A stretch of 64,000 bases of DNA, from contig CAWKAO010000001.1 of NCBI GenBank assembly GCA_963847665.1, positions 120,131 through 184,130 on the forward strand, in the 5' to 3' direction. The first letter of the stretch is position 1; each line of letters begins with the position of its first letter. Below the pieces are notes generated by a model. It had not been told where the DNA came from. It was given only the letters and a program-made list of their open reading frames with translations, and made no database searches. The DNA comes from an uncultured Actinomycetes bacterium (lineage in GTDB: Bacteria > Actinomycetota > Humimicrobiia > Humimicrobiales > Humimicrobiaceae). Below, in pieces: positions 1 to 8,693 of the stretch. A program made the position numbers and the translations under genes.

Positions 1-336
1 GGTGTAAAAATAGACGGAACTCTTAGTTTTAAAGGCTCAGTCAAAATAGATGGTGAGGTTACTGGTGAAATAAAATCAGATGAAACTATAACAATTGGCA
101 GAACTGCAAAAGTTAAAGCAAATATAAATACCAAAAATGCAATAATATCAGGCTCTTTTGAAGGAGTTTTAAATGCATCAGGTCAGGTCGATATTACATC
201 AACAGGAAGATTTATCGGAAATTTAATTCAACCCAATTCTCTTTTCAGTCTCGAAAAGGGTGGGTTGTTTAAGGGTAAGAGTGTTGTTGAGACAGATAAA
301 GAACAAGACGATTTTAAAAATAATAAAGAAAATTAA
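1..336 (+). CDS. Bactofilin (polymer-forming cytoskeletal protein), 5'-truncated by window edge
   Basis: Manual frame-1 translation GVKIDGTLSFKGSVKIDGEVTGEIKSDETITIGRTAKVKANINTKNAIISGSFEG... shows the bactofilin beta-helix pattern; stop TAA at 334-336. Confidence 0.85.
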   Translation, partial: GVKIDGTLSFKGSVKIDGEVTGEIKSDETITIGRTAKVKANINTKNAIISGSFEGVLNASGQVDITSTGRFIGNLIQPNSLFSLEKGGLFKGKSVVETDKEQDDFKNNKEN

Positions 337-520
337 TATACTTATATTTATTTACCAATAATTCAAATTATATAAAACACCATTGATAATATAGGATCTT
401 AATTATTATTATAATAAGATCAATGTGATGTAGACGTCCAAAGTTGGCTACTTAGGGCTTACAATAGCAAGAACTTTTAAAATCAATATTAAAATCTAAT
501 ATTAATTGTCTTATTTATAC

Positions 521-600
521 GCACCAAGGTAGTGAAATTTCGAACCATTTTTTAAAGCAATTAATCAATTTAAAACTGCTCTTAAGATAATTTGATAATT
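521..600 (+). repeat. Intergenic repeat copy A (core GAAATTTCGAACCATTTTTTA at 534-554)
   Basis: 21-bp exact match to 2175-2195, with further similarity downstream (TTAATCAATwTAAAA...). Confidence 0.85.
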
Positions 601-735
601 GAAAATTCCAGTCTTATAATCAGATTAAAGAATATTATTCACTTAAGTAAATATAAAATAAAAATTTAGTAGCATTAAGGCTTTTCCTAATACACTTGGT
701 CGCCAATTGTATAGAAGGGCTTAAAGCAAATAGCG

Positions 736-762
736 AAACCGACTAAATGCAGTCGGTTTTTT
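736..762 (+). terminator. Intrinsic terminator-like hairpin upstream of the ankyrin/HEAT gene
   Basis: AAACCGACT-aaatgc-AGTCGGTTT followed by a T-run. Confidence 0.7.
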
Positions 763-791
763 ATTTTAAAAACGTTATTTAAGTATAACTT

Positions 792-2108
792 ATGGAGGTA
801 GTCATGGATTTAATAGAAGCAGTAAACCAAGGCAGTGCAATAGATAAGGGCAATATAGACGCAGTAAGATTAGCTTTAGAAAAAGGTGCTGATATTAATA
901 CCAGGGATAAAAATGGCAATACTGCACTGATTATTGCTATAAGTATTGCGCATAACGAAATAGCTAAGCTACTTATAGAAAGAGGAGTTGATGTTAATGC
1001 TAAAAATAACTTAGGCACGACCGCACTAATAAGTGCTTCATTTTGGGGAAATACAGAAATAGCCAAGCTACTCATAGAGAAAGGAGCTGATATTAATGCT
1101 AAAGATAATGAAGGTAGAACTGTATTGATGCAGTCTTGTATTCTTTGGCATACAACTCAAGATATGGCTAAGCTACTGATAGAAAATGGTGCCGATGTTA
1201 ATGCAAAAGATAATGAAGGTAAAACTGTGTTTATGCGTGTTTCAAACGAGACACGAATGGAATTAGAAAGTCTGTTAGAATCTAAGCAAAGCATTAATAC
1301 TAGTAAAGAGACTACTATTGAAAAAAGAGAAAAACCAAACATAAAAGAGTTAGAACAAAAAGGAGAAATCGAAGCACTGATAGAGGCACTAAAGTATAAT
1401 GATGCAGAAGTTAGAGAGTATGCTGCCGAAGCAGTAGGAAAGATTGGAGGTAAAGCTGCAATTGAGCCCCTTATTGAAAGCTTAAAGGACGAAAGCTGGA
1501 GAGTGCGTATGTGGGCCGCTTGGGCGCTTGGTAATATTAAAGATAATAGAGCCATAGAAGCTCTTATTGAAGCACTTAGCGATGACAGTATAGATGTACG
1601 AAGGGTATCAGCAGATGCACTAAGTGTTATTGGTGAACCAGCCATTGACACTCTAATTAAATTATTGGGCAATGAAGATTCTACATTTGTTGCACGTATT
1701 GAGTATATACTTTGGAATATTGGCAACCCTGTAGTAGTACCTCTTATTAAAGCTCTTGGTTATAGTGACTGGCGTATACGCATGAATTCTTCAAATGTGT
1801 TGGGCACAATCAATTATAAAAGAGCTAATGACCCACCGAAAATGATCTCTGATCCAAGTGCAATTTTTTGCCTTGATACTAAGATTGTAATACCTTCATC
1901 AAAGCGAGATGAGACACTAGCGGTTGAGCCTCTCATTCAAGTACTTACTGATGAAGTTGCAAATGTCAGAAAGGCTGCAATAATGGCTCTTGAAAAGATC
2001 GGTGATTTAAGAGCAATACAACCACTTGCTAGGGCTTTAAAGGATAGAGATAGAGACGTCAGGGTAGCAGCTAAAGAAGCTTTCAAGAAGTTAAAGAACA
2101 GAAGATAG
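792..2108 (+). CDS. Ankyrin repeat + HEAT/PBS-lyase repeat fusion protein
   Basis: N-half has repeated GADIN.KD..G.TAL ankyrin units; C-half has repeated AIEPLIE.L.D....VR..AA.ALG HEAT-like units. Start may be ATG 804, which follows GGAGG. Confidence 0.9.
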   Translation: MEVVMDLIEAVNQGSAIDKGNIDAVRLALEKGADINTRDKNGNTALIIAISIAHNEIAKLLIERGVDVNAKNNLGTTALISASFWGNTEIAKLLIEKGADINAKDNEGRTVLMQSCILWHTTQDMAKLLIENGADVNAKDNEGKTVFMRVSNETRMELESLLESKQSINTSKETTIEKREKPNIKELEQKGEIEALIEALKYNDAEVREYAAEAVGKIGGKAAIEPLIESLKDESWRVRMWAAWALGNIKDNRAIEALIEALSDDSIDVRRVSADALSVIGEPAIDTLIKLLGNEDSTFVARIEYILWNIGNPVVVPLIKALGYSDWRIRMNSSNVLGTINYKRANDPPKMISDPSAIFCLDTKIVIPSSKRDETLAVEPLIQVLTDEVANVRKAAIMALEKIGDLRAIQPLARALKDRDRDVRVAAKEAFKKLKNRR

Positions 2109-2160
2109 ATTTAAAAAGATTATAAGATTATTATTGAATTAGTTATAAAAACTTGCCGAC

Positions 2161-2240
2161 CTGCCCCGAGTTACGAAATTTCGAACCATTTTTTAGAAGG
2201 AAATTTAATCAATATAAAAATACTATTTAAAAATATTTAA
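2161..2240 (+). repeat. Intergenic repeat copy B (AGTTACGAAATTTCGAACCAT at 2169-2189)
   Basis: 21-bp exact match to 2548-2568 and 21-bp match to 534-554. Confidence 0.9.
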
Positions 2241-2309
2241 ATTAATTATATATTCGAGTTTGAAATATATATAATGGAGGTGGTTAATATCTCAAAAAGG
2301 AGGTAATAA

Positions 2310-2483
2310 ATGGCTGAAAAAAGAATATGGAGTATTAGCGATACATTACAATCTATTAGTATTCCTTTAGTAGTTCTTGGTATAATCTTTAGCGAAAATC
2401 GTGTGGTAGGTTATTTGTTTATCGGAGTGGGAGTATTACTTGCAATTATAAGTTTGATTTTAAGAAAGATAAGCCGAAAATAA
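2310..2483 (+). CDS. Small two-helix membrane protein (57 aa), not in ORF track
   Basis: AGGAGGT RBS then ATG; MAEKRIWSISDTLQSISIPLVVLGIIFSENRVVGYLFIGVGVLLAIISLILRKISRK*. Confidence 0.75.
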   Translation: MAEKRIWSISDTLQSISIPLVVLGIIFSENRVVGYLFIGVGVLLAIISLILRKISRK

Positions 2484-2536
2484 TTTAGATATAAAAAAAT
2501 TATTGATAAGCCCAAAATACAACAAAGATGTCGTAA

Positions 2537-2576
2537 TGGCTGGCCCAAGTTACGAAATTTCGAACCATATTTTTAG
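2537..2576 (+). repeat. Intergenic repeat copy C
   Basis: TGGCTGGCCCAAGTTACGAAATTTCGAACCATATTTTTAG; matches copies A and B. Confidence 0.9.
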
Positions 2577-2609
2577 GGAACTGACTAGGATAAAGATATT
2601 TTTTATTGT

Positions 2610-3752
2610 TTAAGGTTTTTCTCCCTTTAAGCCAAAAAATAACCTTAACCCATAATGCCCAAGAAGTATTTCATATATAAGTAATGTTGTAATAAAAGAC
2701 AAAATACTTACTAAAAAAAACTCAAAATAAGGATTTAAGGATAATTTTAGAAAAATAAATGAAAATGCTGTTACTGAGAAAAGATGGAGAATATAAAATG
2801 GAAAGGAAGCTTCGGAAAGATAAACAAGCATTTTGTTTGTTTTATTTAATGTTTTCTTACCGAAGCCTATAAAGAACAAAACCCACATATATGAATTGAA
2901 TCCTATTAATACTCTAAAAAAAATATATCCGTAAAATGTTCCTGAATTCAATATATGAAAGACATCGGATATGAAGTATAAAGCGACAATGAAAACAGAA
3001 CTTATGAGGGCCATTACAAGAGAATGCATTTTTTTGTTTTCAATTTTTTCAATTATTTTTGTATTAGAATTAAAAATATAACCGATTATAAAAAATGTGA
3101 TATATACCGAAAAATTAGCCCAGTCATCTATCAAATTTTGAAAACCTGGCCACCTATATCTAAGGGAAGCTTCAAAAATTATTACCAGTATTACAGGCAT
3201 ATAAAAGAAATTTTTCTTTGTGAAAATACTACCAGCCCTTTCCCTAAGACTATCTTGTCTAAAGCTTTTATAATATATAAAAAAAGGCAGGCATAATAAG
3301 GAAAATACAAATAAATAGACTAAAAACCAAAGGTGAGCCCAGCCAAGATAATCCATAATCCCGGTAAAAAACATCGGATAGAACTTTATTAGTGAGCCTT
3401 TAAAGCCAAAATCATTTATAGCTTTGAAGTAAGCAGTTAGCGGACATATTGTAATTATCCCAAAAATTGCCGGTACTAATAGTCTTTTTGCTCTTTCAGA
3501 TATAAATTCTGCAGCATTCCTCGAATTTAAAATATACCAGCAAACCATTCCCGATATAAAAAACAAAAGGGGCATCATCCAGGTTGAAAAAAATACATTA
3601 AACCCTATAAGGAAATTTGGTGAAGAAATATTATTATCATATAAATAAACATCGCCGATTTTTGTATACGTAAGAGCTGCATGATAAGGAATAAGGGAGG
3701 CAATGACAATTATTCTTAACCAGTCCAAATAAAATTGTCTTTTTATTTTCAT
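2610..3752 (-). CDS. Acyltransferase family 3 (OpgC/MdoC-like) membrane protein
   Basis: RQFYLDWLR, MPLLFFISG, RAKRLLVP, HLWFL and ASFPFYILH motifs; polytopic. Confidence 0.88.
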   Translation of the reverse strand: MKIKRQFYLDWLRIIVIASLIPYHAALTYTKIGDVYLYDNNISSPNFLIGFNVFFSTWMMPLLFFISGMVCWYILNSRNAAEFISERAKRLLVPAIFGIITICPLTAYFKAINDFGFKGSLIKFYPMFFTGIMDYLGWAHLWFLVYLFVFSLLCLPFFIYYKSFRQDSLRERAGSIFTKKNFFYMPVILVIIFEASLRYRWPGFQNLIDDWANFSVYITFFIIGYIFNSNTKIIEKIENKKMHSLVMALISSVFIVALYFISDVFHILNSGTFYGYIFFRVLIGFNSYMWVLFFIGFGKKTLNKTNKMLVYLSEASFPFYILHLFSVTAFSFIFLKLSLNPYFEFFLVSILSFITTLLIYEILLGHYGLRLFFGLKGEKP

Positions 3753-3815
3753 TTAATAAGACCAAACATTTATTTATTCAGAATTATATTGATTTATAAT
3801 TTATAAAGGAGTTTT

Positions 3816-4094
3816 TTATTTATCTTTATCCATCTTATCCATTACTTCTTTTATTTTTTGCTCTTCCCATTTCTTATTTGGGAATCTATTGAAAACAAAT
3901 ACTCCCATAGCATGGAAAAATAATCCTATACCCCATCCAAAAAGTGCCCAATAGAACCACCAACCACCAGGATTTGTAAATAAGTTAAGAAGAAACAAGC
4001 CAATATTTACAACTACATACACAATAGCATGGGTATAAAACCCTTTGATTTCCTCTACTCTTTTTTTAGCCTTTTCATATTTTTCATCAGCCAT
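3816..4094 (-). CDS. 2TM domain protein
   Basis: AKKRVEEIKGFY.H...Y..VN..L, WF.W...GWGIGL..H and WEEQKIKE motifs; AGGAGG RBS. Confidence 0.85.
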   Translation of the reverse strand: MADEKYEKAKKRVEEIKGFYTHAIVYVVVNIGLFLLNLFTNPGGWWFYWALFGWGIGLFFHAMGVFVFNRFPNKKWEEQKIKEVMDKMDKDK

Positions 4095-4182
4095 TTGAAA
4101 CCTCCTTTCTTAAATTCTTGATTTTATTATATATAGATTGATATATTAAAGGAAATCAATAGTTCTATAAATTATTGGTTGA

Positions 4183-4206
4183 GCTGGGGAGAGAGGATTC
4201 GAACCC
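4183..4206 (-). other. tRNA(Gln)-like 3'-end fragment (att-site-like remnant)
   Basis: Minus strand reads GGGTTCGAATCCTCTCTCCCCAGC, i.e. T-loop, 3' T-stem and acceptor strand; no D or anticodon arm upstream. Confidence 0.7.
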
Positions 4207-4671
4207 AATTATTAAGTTAGATAAAAGTGTTTAAGAAATTGTCTTAAATATATGTTTAATTAGCAAAAGGGTACTGAATCGTTAGATTTTATATTAGAGA
4301 AGAAATAATAGATTGAAATATTTTAAGAAAAAGCCCCCCTACCTATAATGTCGGTAATCCGGCTTATTTGCTCCTGTGGCCAGGCTCCTGGTAAAGTCAC
4401 CTGGAGTCATATTGTCCAGTGAACTATGGGGCTTTATTGTATGGCGTAGGGAGAGATCCAGTATTCCAGTGTAATTTTGCACTGAAATCCTTTGGGGCAT
4501 TTTTATATATCATCTCTGCTGAGATATCTTCTTCAGTTGTTTCAATATTGTCTTTTTTACTTATATCGTCTGAAGTAATATCATATATTTTATTATCAGG
4601 ACCGGAGGGCTTATAACCTGGCATTCTTTTAAATTTGGTTAAATATTTATTATAAATAAAGAGCTTAGGCC

Positions 4672-5679
4672 ATGAGACTTGAAAAAATAGAAGAAATATT
4701 AAAAAATGAGAAACCCTACAGGTTGAAACAGGTGGAAAAAGCGCTCTATACAGACCTGGTACAGGATTGGGAAGAGGTCACAGTATTGCCGACATACTTG
4801 AGGAGACGACTAAAAGTGGAAGTCCCACTGGATCTTGATCTTGAAGCGGTAAGCTCATCAGGTAGCAATTCGTTTAAAGCAGTCATCACGCTGGAAGACG
4901 GTTTGAAGGTGGAGACTGTGCTGCTCAGGCACAGAGAAAATAGAAATACTGTATGCGTGTCTTCGCAGGTAGGATGTCCGATGGGATGTGCCTTCTGCAG
5001 GACTGCAAGCCTTGAGTTTAAAAGAAATCTCTCATCTTATGAGATCATTGAACAGGTCCTGTTCTTCATGCATTATTTAAAACCACTTGGCCAGAAAGTG
5101 ACAAATGTCGTTTTTATGGGTATGGGAGAACCTTTCCTGAACTATGAAAATGTCAGCAGGGCCATAATTATGTTAAATTACAAGGACAGATTCAATATCG
5201 GGGCAAGAAAGATATCTGTGTCCACGTGCGGCATCTTAGATAAGATAGAGAGATTTTCAATGGAGCACCAACAGGTAAATCTTGCCATTTCATTAAATGC
5301 CCCTGATGATGAGTTGAGGGCAATATTGATGCCTGTGGCCAGGAATTATCCATTAAAAGAACTGATGTCATCGGTAAAAAAATACATCTCAACAACAAAC
5401 CGCAGGGTGATGTTTGAGTATGTGCTGATAAGGGATCTTAATGATTCTTCACTGCACGCTGTCAGGGTATCAGATCTTGTCAGGGGACTACTCTGTTTCG
5501 TGAATCTGATACCTTTTAATGGCAATAAAGGATTTACGGCCCCATCAGGTGGGAAGATAAAAGAATTCAAAAGAATCCTTGAAGAAAATGGCGTTGCAGT
5601 CACACAGAGGCAGAGGTTTGGCTCAGATATCAGCGCTGCCTGCGGACAATTAGTGTATACAGAAGAGCAGGATAGTTAA
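4672..5679 (+). CDS. rlmN: 23S rRNA m2A2503 methyltransferase RlmN (radical SAM)
   Basis: CVSSQVGCPMGCAFC, MGMGEP, and C-terminal DISAACGQL. Confidence 0.93.
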   Translation: MRLEKIEEILKNEKPYRLKQVEKALYTDLVQDWEEVTVLPTYLRRRLKVEVPLDLDLEAVSSSGSNSFKAVITLEDGLKVETVLLRHRENRNTVCVSSQVGCPMGCAFCRTASLEFKRNLSSYEIIEQVLFFMHYLKPLGQKVTNVVFMGMGEPFLNYENVSRAIIMLNYKDRFNIGARKISVSTCGILDKIERFSMEHQQVNLAISLNAPDDELRAILMPVARNYPLKELMSSVKKYISTTNRRVMFEYVLIRDLNDSSLHAVRVSDLVRGLLCFVNLIPFNGNKGFTAPSGGKIKEFKRILEENGVAVTQRQRFGSDISAACGQLVYTEEQDS

Positions 5680-5918
5680 AGATATTTAAAAGCTCGGTGT
5701 GAGCACTGTGAGTACACAATTTTTCATCTCATGACCCTGATATTTCAATATTACTTTCACTAGTAAGCGCTGCCGATAATCCTACCGTATTAATCAAATA
5801 AAAAAAATTGTTTCATTTTAGATGCTCTCAGTTTTGAAATAGCTAAAAAATTTCTTATTTATGCATTTACATAATTATCCAATTATGCTATTATATCAAA
5901 AGTGAGAGGACATATTTA

Positions 5919-6692
5919 ATGAACAGACTATTTTTAATATTGAGACAAAAACTATTTATTGTCATTTTTATAGTTGCAGTAGCATCAGGAGCTATTGTGC
6001 TTTATCTATATATTAGCAATATAAGCAGGGACAGCGGTTATGATATGAAAAATCCTGAGGTCTATGTAGCAAATACTGATATTGCTGCAGGCACTGAAAT
6101 AACTGAGGACCTCATCGGACTAAAGATGATAACTGAAAATATTAACTCCGAAAAATTTATAACCTCAGCAGAAGATGTAATAGGAGAGAAAACAAACTGC
6201 GCCATTCTGGCTGGTGAAATAATATCGATTGAAAAGCTGGACAGTGCGGATCTAAAAGAAGAGAAATATTTAAGGTTGTCTTCATATATTCCAGAAAACA
6301 GCAGAGCTGTAAATATCCCTGTAAATTATTATGGTGAAAAGTTAATGATCGAATGTGGTGATAAGATCGATCTGATAACTACTTATTATGATAAAACATT
6401 AGACGATCTTGCATCAAAAACATTATTATCAGGTAAAGAAGTCATGTTGATAGAAGGAAAATCAGATATTCAAGAGACTGTTGAAGGAAGAGTAGGATCT
6501 GAAGGGAAGACCGAAAGTACAGGTATTTTCCAGGATGTGCTCGGAAGCAATATTGGGAGCTCTCCAGTAGCACACAATGTTGTTATAACTCTTTACCTGA
6601 GTAAAGACGAAGTTGAAAATGTCTTTCTTGCTCTGGAATCCGGTGTGCTTAATATGGCTATATGCCCTGGAAGGCAGTATGCAGGATTATGA
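5919..6692 (+). CDS. cpaB: Flp pilus assembly protein CpaB/RcpC (SAF domain)
   Basis: N-terminal TM; VYVANTDIAAGTEIT SAF motif; RAVNIPV...GDKIDLI; first gene of the Tad cluster. Confidence 0.8.
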   Translation: MNRLFLILRQKLFIVIFIVAVASGAIVLYLYISNISRDSGYDMKNPEVYVANTDIAAGTEITEDLIGLKMITENINSEKFITSAEDVIGEKTNCAILAGEIISIEKLDSADLKEEKYLRLSSYIPENSRAVNIPVNYYGEKLMIECGDKIDLITTYYDKTLDDLASKTLLSGKEVMLIEGKSDIQETVEGRVGSEGKTESTGIFQDVLGSNIGSSPVAHNVVITLYLSKDEVENVFLALESGVLNMAICPGRQYAGL

Positions 6693-6722
6693 AAATAAAT
6701 TCAGGTAGAAAGGGGGTAGTAA

Positions 6723-7487
6723 TTGCCTGCGGATAGTGAGATCTTAAGAGATTCAAAAATAATACTGCTTTCCGGAACAAAAGGTGGATGTGGCTGCAGT
6801 TTTATTGCAAATACTGTTGCAAGTTTTCTGGCAATGAAAAAAAGTAAAAACATCCTACTTCTGGATTTAAATGCAGGCAAAAAGGATTCCAGAGTGATCT
6901 TTGATCTGGACACTACTGATAACAGGGATCTGGGAGACATAAGTGAAAATATTAAGGATATAGACATTTCAGCTTTAAAAAGACTGGTAGTAAATTTTGA
7001 TAATAGCCTTAATATCATATTACCATCCCTGAAATTTGAAAAAGATAATGAGTTACATGAAGAGGGCCTTATGAGTTTTTTAAAGATATTATCAGAGACC
7101 TTTGATCTTATAATCATAGATTTCCCTTATTATAAGTTTCTGGCCCCCTGCAGGATCTTGCTTGAGATGATAGATAAACTGGTGCTTGTTTCTCAGGCGG
7201 ACATAGTCTCAATAAATAATATGAGTAGCATTATAAAAAATTTAGATCTTGAGAATACACCTGTTAATTTTGAAATAGTGATCAATAAATTTAATCTTAA
7301 GCAGATGATATCTCCAGCACGGATAATCAATATTCTTAAATATCCTATTAATACTTTTATACCTTATGACAGGGATATTGAGCTTTTATATCTTATGCAG
7401 GGGCCTTTTCCTGTCTTTAAATACAATCTCAGAATAGTCAAGAGCATATGTTGCCTGGCAGAGGGTCTATTTGAAATTATTAACTGA
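6723..7487 (+). CDS. cpaE: CpaE/TadZ-like MinD/ParA-family ATPase
   Basis: Deviant Walker A GTKGGCGCS, LLLDL, FDLIIID; Tad context. Confidence 0.8.
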   Translation: MPADSEILRDSKIILLSGTKGGCGCSFIANTVASFLAMKKSKNILLLDLNAGKKDSRVIFDLDTTDNRDLGDISENIKDIDISALKRLVVNFDNSLNIILPSLKFEKDNELHEEGLMSFLKILSETFDLIIIDFPYYKFLAPCRILLEMIDKLVLVSQADIVSINNMSSIIKNLDLENTPVNFEIVINKFNLKQMISPARIINILKYPINTFIPYDRDIELLYLMQGPFPVFKYNLRIVKSICCLAEGLFEIIN

Positions 7488-8676
7488 TTTATCAAGAGAT
7501 ATTTTTAATGAAATGAACAGAGAAATCAAAATCGAAAATACAAAAAATACAATATTAACCAGTATTACAAATGAAATAGTCAAGATCCTCGATATTGATT
7601 CACTCTTAAAATTGACGCCCCCTGGACGTCTGGAGAGACTTTCTTTTGCTATTAAAAAAATAATCAAAGAGAAAAGAATGGTTATCAGTGACCATAATAT
7701 AGCAGGTCTTGTAAGAGAGATATACGAAGAGATATTTGAATATGGACCAATAAGTGCTCTTGTCCGGGACGATTCTGTTTCTGAGATAATGATAAATAAC
7801 TGGGATGATATATACATTGAAAAAGCGGACCAACTTATAAAAACTGATTATTCCTTCAGGGGCAGTGATCAATTAATAAATATGATCGAAAGGATCATCA
7901 GTCCACTTGGATTAAGGATCGATGAAAGTTCTCCGATGGTGGACGCAAGGCTCAGGGACGGGTCCAGAATAAATGCAGTATTGAACCCTGTGACTTTCAG
8001 TGAAATAGCAGTCACTATCAGGAAATTTAAAAAAAATCTTTTAAGCATAGACGACCTGATATCTGCAGGGACCTTAAGTAAAAAAATCGCTGAATTTATC
8101 AGTGATTGTGTCAAAAATAAATTAAATATAATAGTTTCTGGTGGAAGCTCGACTGGAAAGACTACTCTTCTAAATATCATTTCAAATTTCATACCTTGTA
8201 AAGAAAGAATAGTCAGCATAGAGGACACTCTAGAACTTGATCTTGCACTGAAAAATATTGTAAGGCTCGAAAGCAGGCCGGCAAATATTGAAGGCGAAGG
8301 CGCCGTCACCTTGCGGGATCTTGTAAGAAATGCATTGCGTATGCGGCCTGACCGGATAATCGTAGGGGAGATAAGGGGTATCGAGGCAATAGATGTACTT
8401 CAGGCTATGAATACCGGCCATGAAGGATCGATGACCACAGTTCATGCTAATAACCCGATGGATCTTATTTCACGTTTGGAAGCGATGCTTTTAATGTCAG
8501 GTATAAACCTGACACCTTCTTCTGCTCGTCAGATAATATTATCTTCCATAGATATAGTAATACATCTTGAAAGAAAAACATCGGGTAAAAGATTTATATC
8601 AAAGATAAGTAAATTTATAAAGAGTGGTATGGAAATAGGAGAAAGTACCACCCTGACCGTAAAAGATATTTTTTAG
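7471..8676 (+). CDS. cpaF: Tad secretion ATPase CpaF/TadA
   Basis: PMVDARLRDGSRINAV, GGSSTGKTT, LRMRPDRIIVGEIRG, AMNTGHEGSMTTVHAN. Confidence 0.95.
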   Translation: MKLLTDLSRDIFNEMNREIKIENTKNTILTSITNEIVKILDIDSLLKLTPPGRLERLSFAIKKIIKEKRMVISDHNIAGLVREIYEEIFEYGPISALVRDDSVSEIMINNWDDIYIEKADQLIKTDYSFRGSDQLINMIERIISPLGLRIDESSPMVDARLRDGSRINAVLNPVTFSEIAVTIRKFKKNLLSIDDLISAGTLSKKIAEFISDCVKNKLNIIVSGGSSTGKTTLLNIISNFIPCKERIVSIEDTLELDLALKNIVRLESRPANIEGEGAVTLRDLVRNALRMRPDRIIVGEIRGIEAIDVLQAMNTGHEGSMTTVHANNPMDLISRLEAMLLMSGINLTPSSARQIILSSIDIVIHLERKTSGKRFISKISKFIKSGMEIGESTTLTVKDIF

Positions 8677-8693
8677 ACTTAAAGGCAGGTATT

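Noticed and set aside
521-2576. CRISPR array or integron attC interpretation of the GAAATTTCGAACCAT repeats
   Set aside because: Spacing is hundreds to >1500 bp with whole genes between copies. There are no cas genes and no RYYYAAC...GTTRRRY attC ends.
4183-4260. Complete tRNA gene
   Set aside because: Only the T-loop and acceptor 3' strand are present; the adjacent sequence cannot form D or anticodon arms.
4419-4624. Short overlapping ORFs (65 and 66 aa) on both strands
   Set aside because: No clear RBS or recognisable motif, and they overlap the candidate structured RNA.
5690-5790. Possible c-di-GMP riboswitch upstream of the tad operon
   Set aside because: Slightly GC-rich with small hairpins, but the class I and class II consensus motifs are not found.
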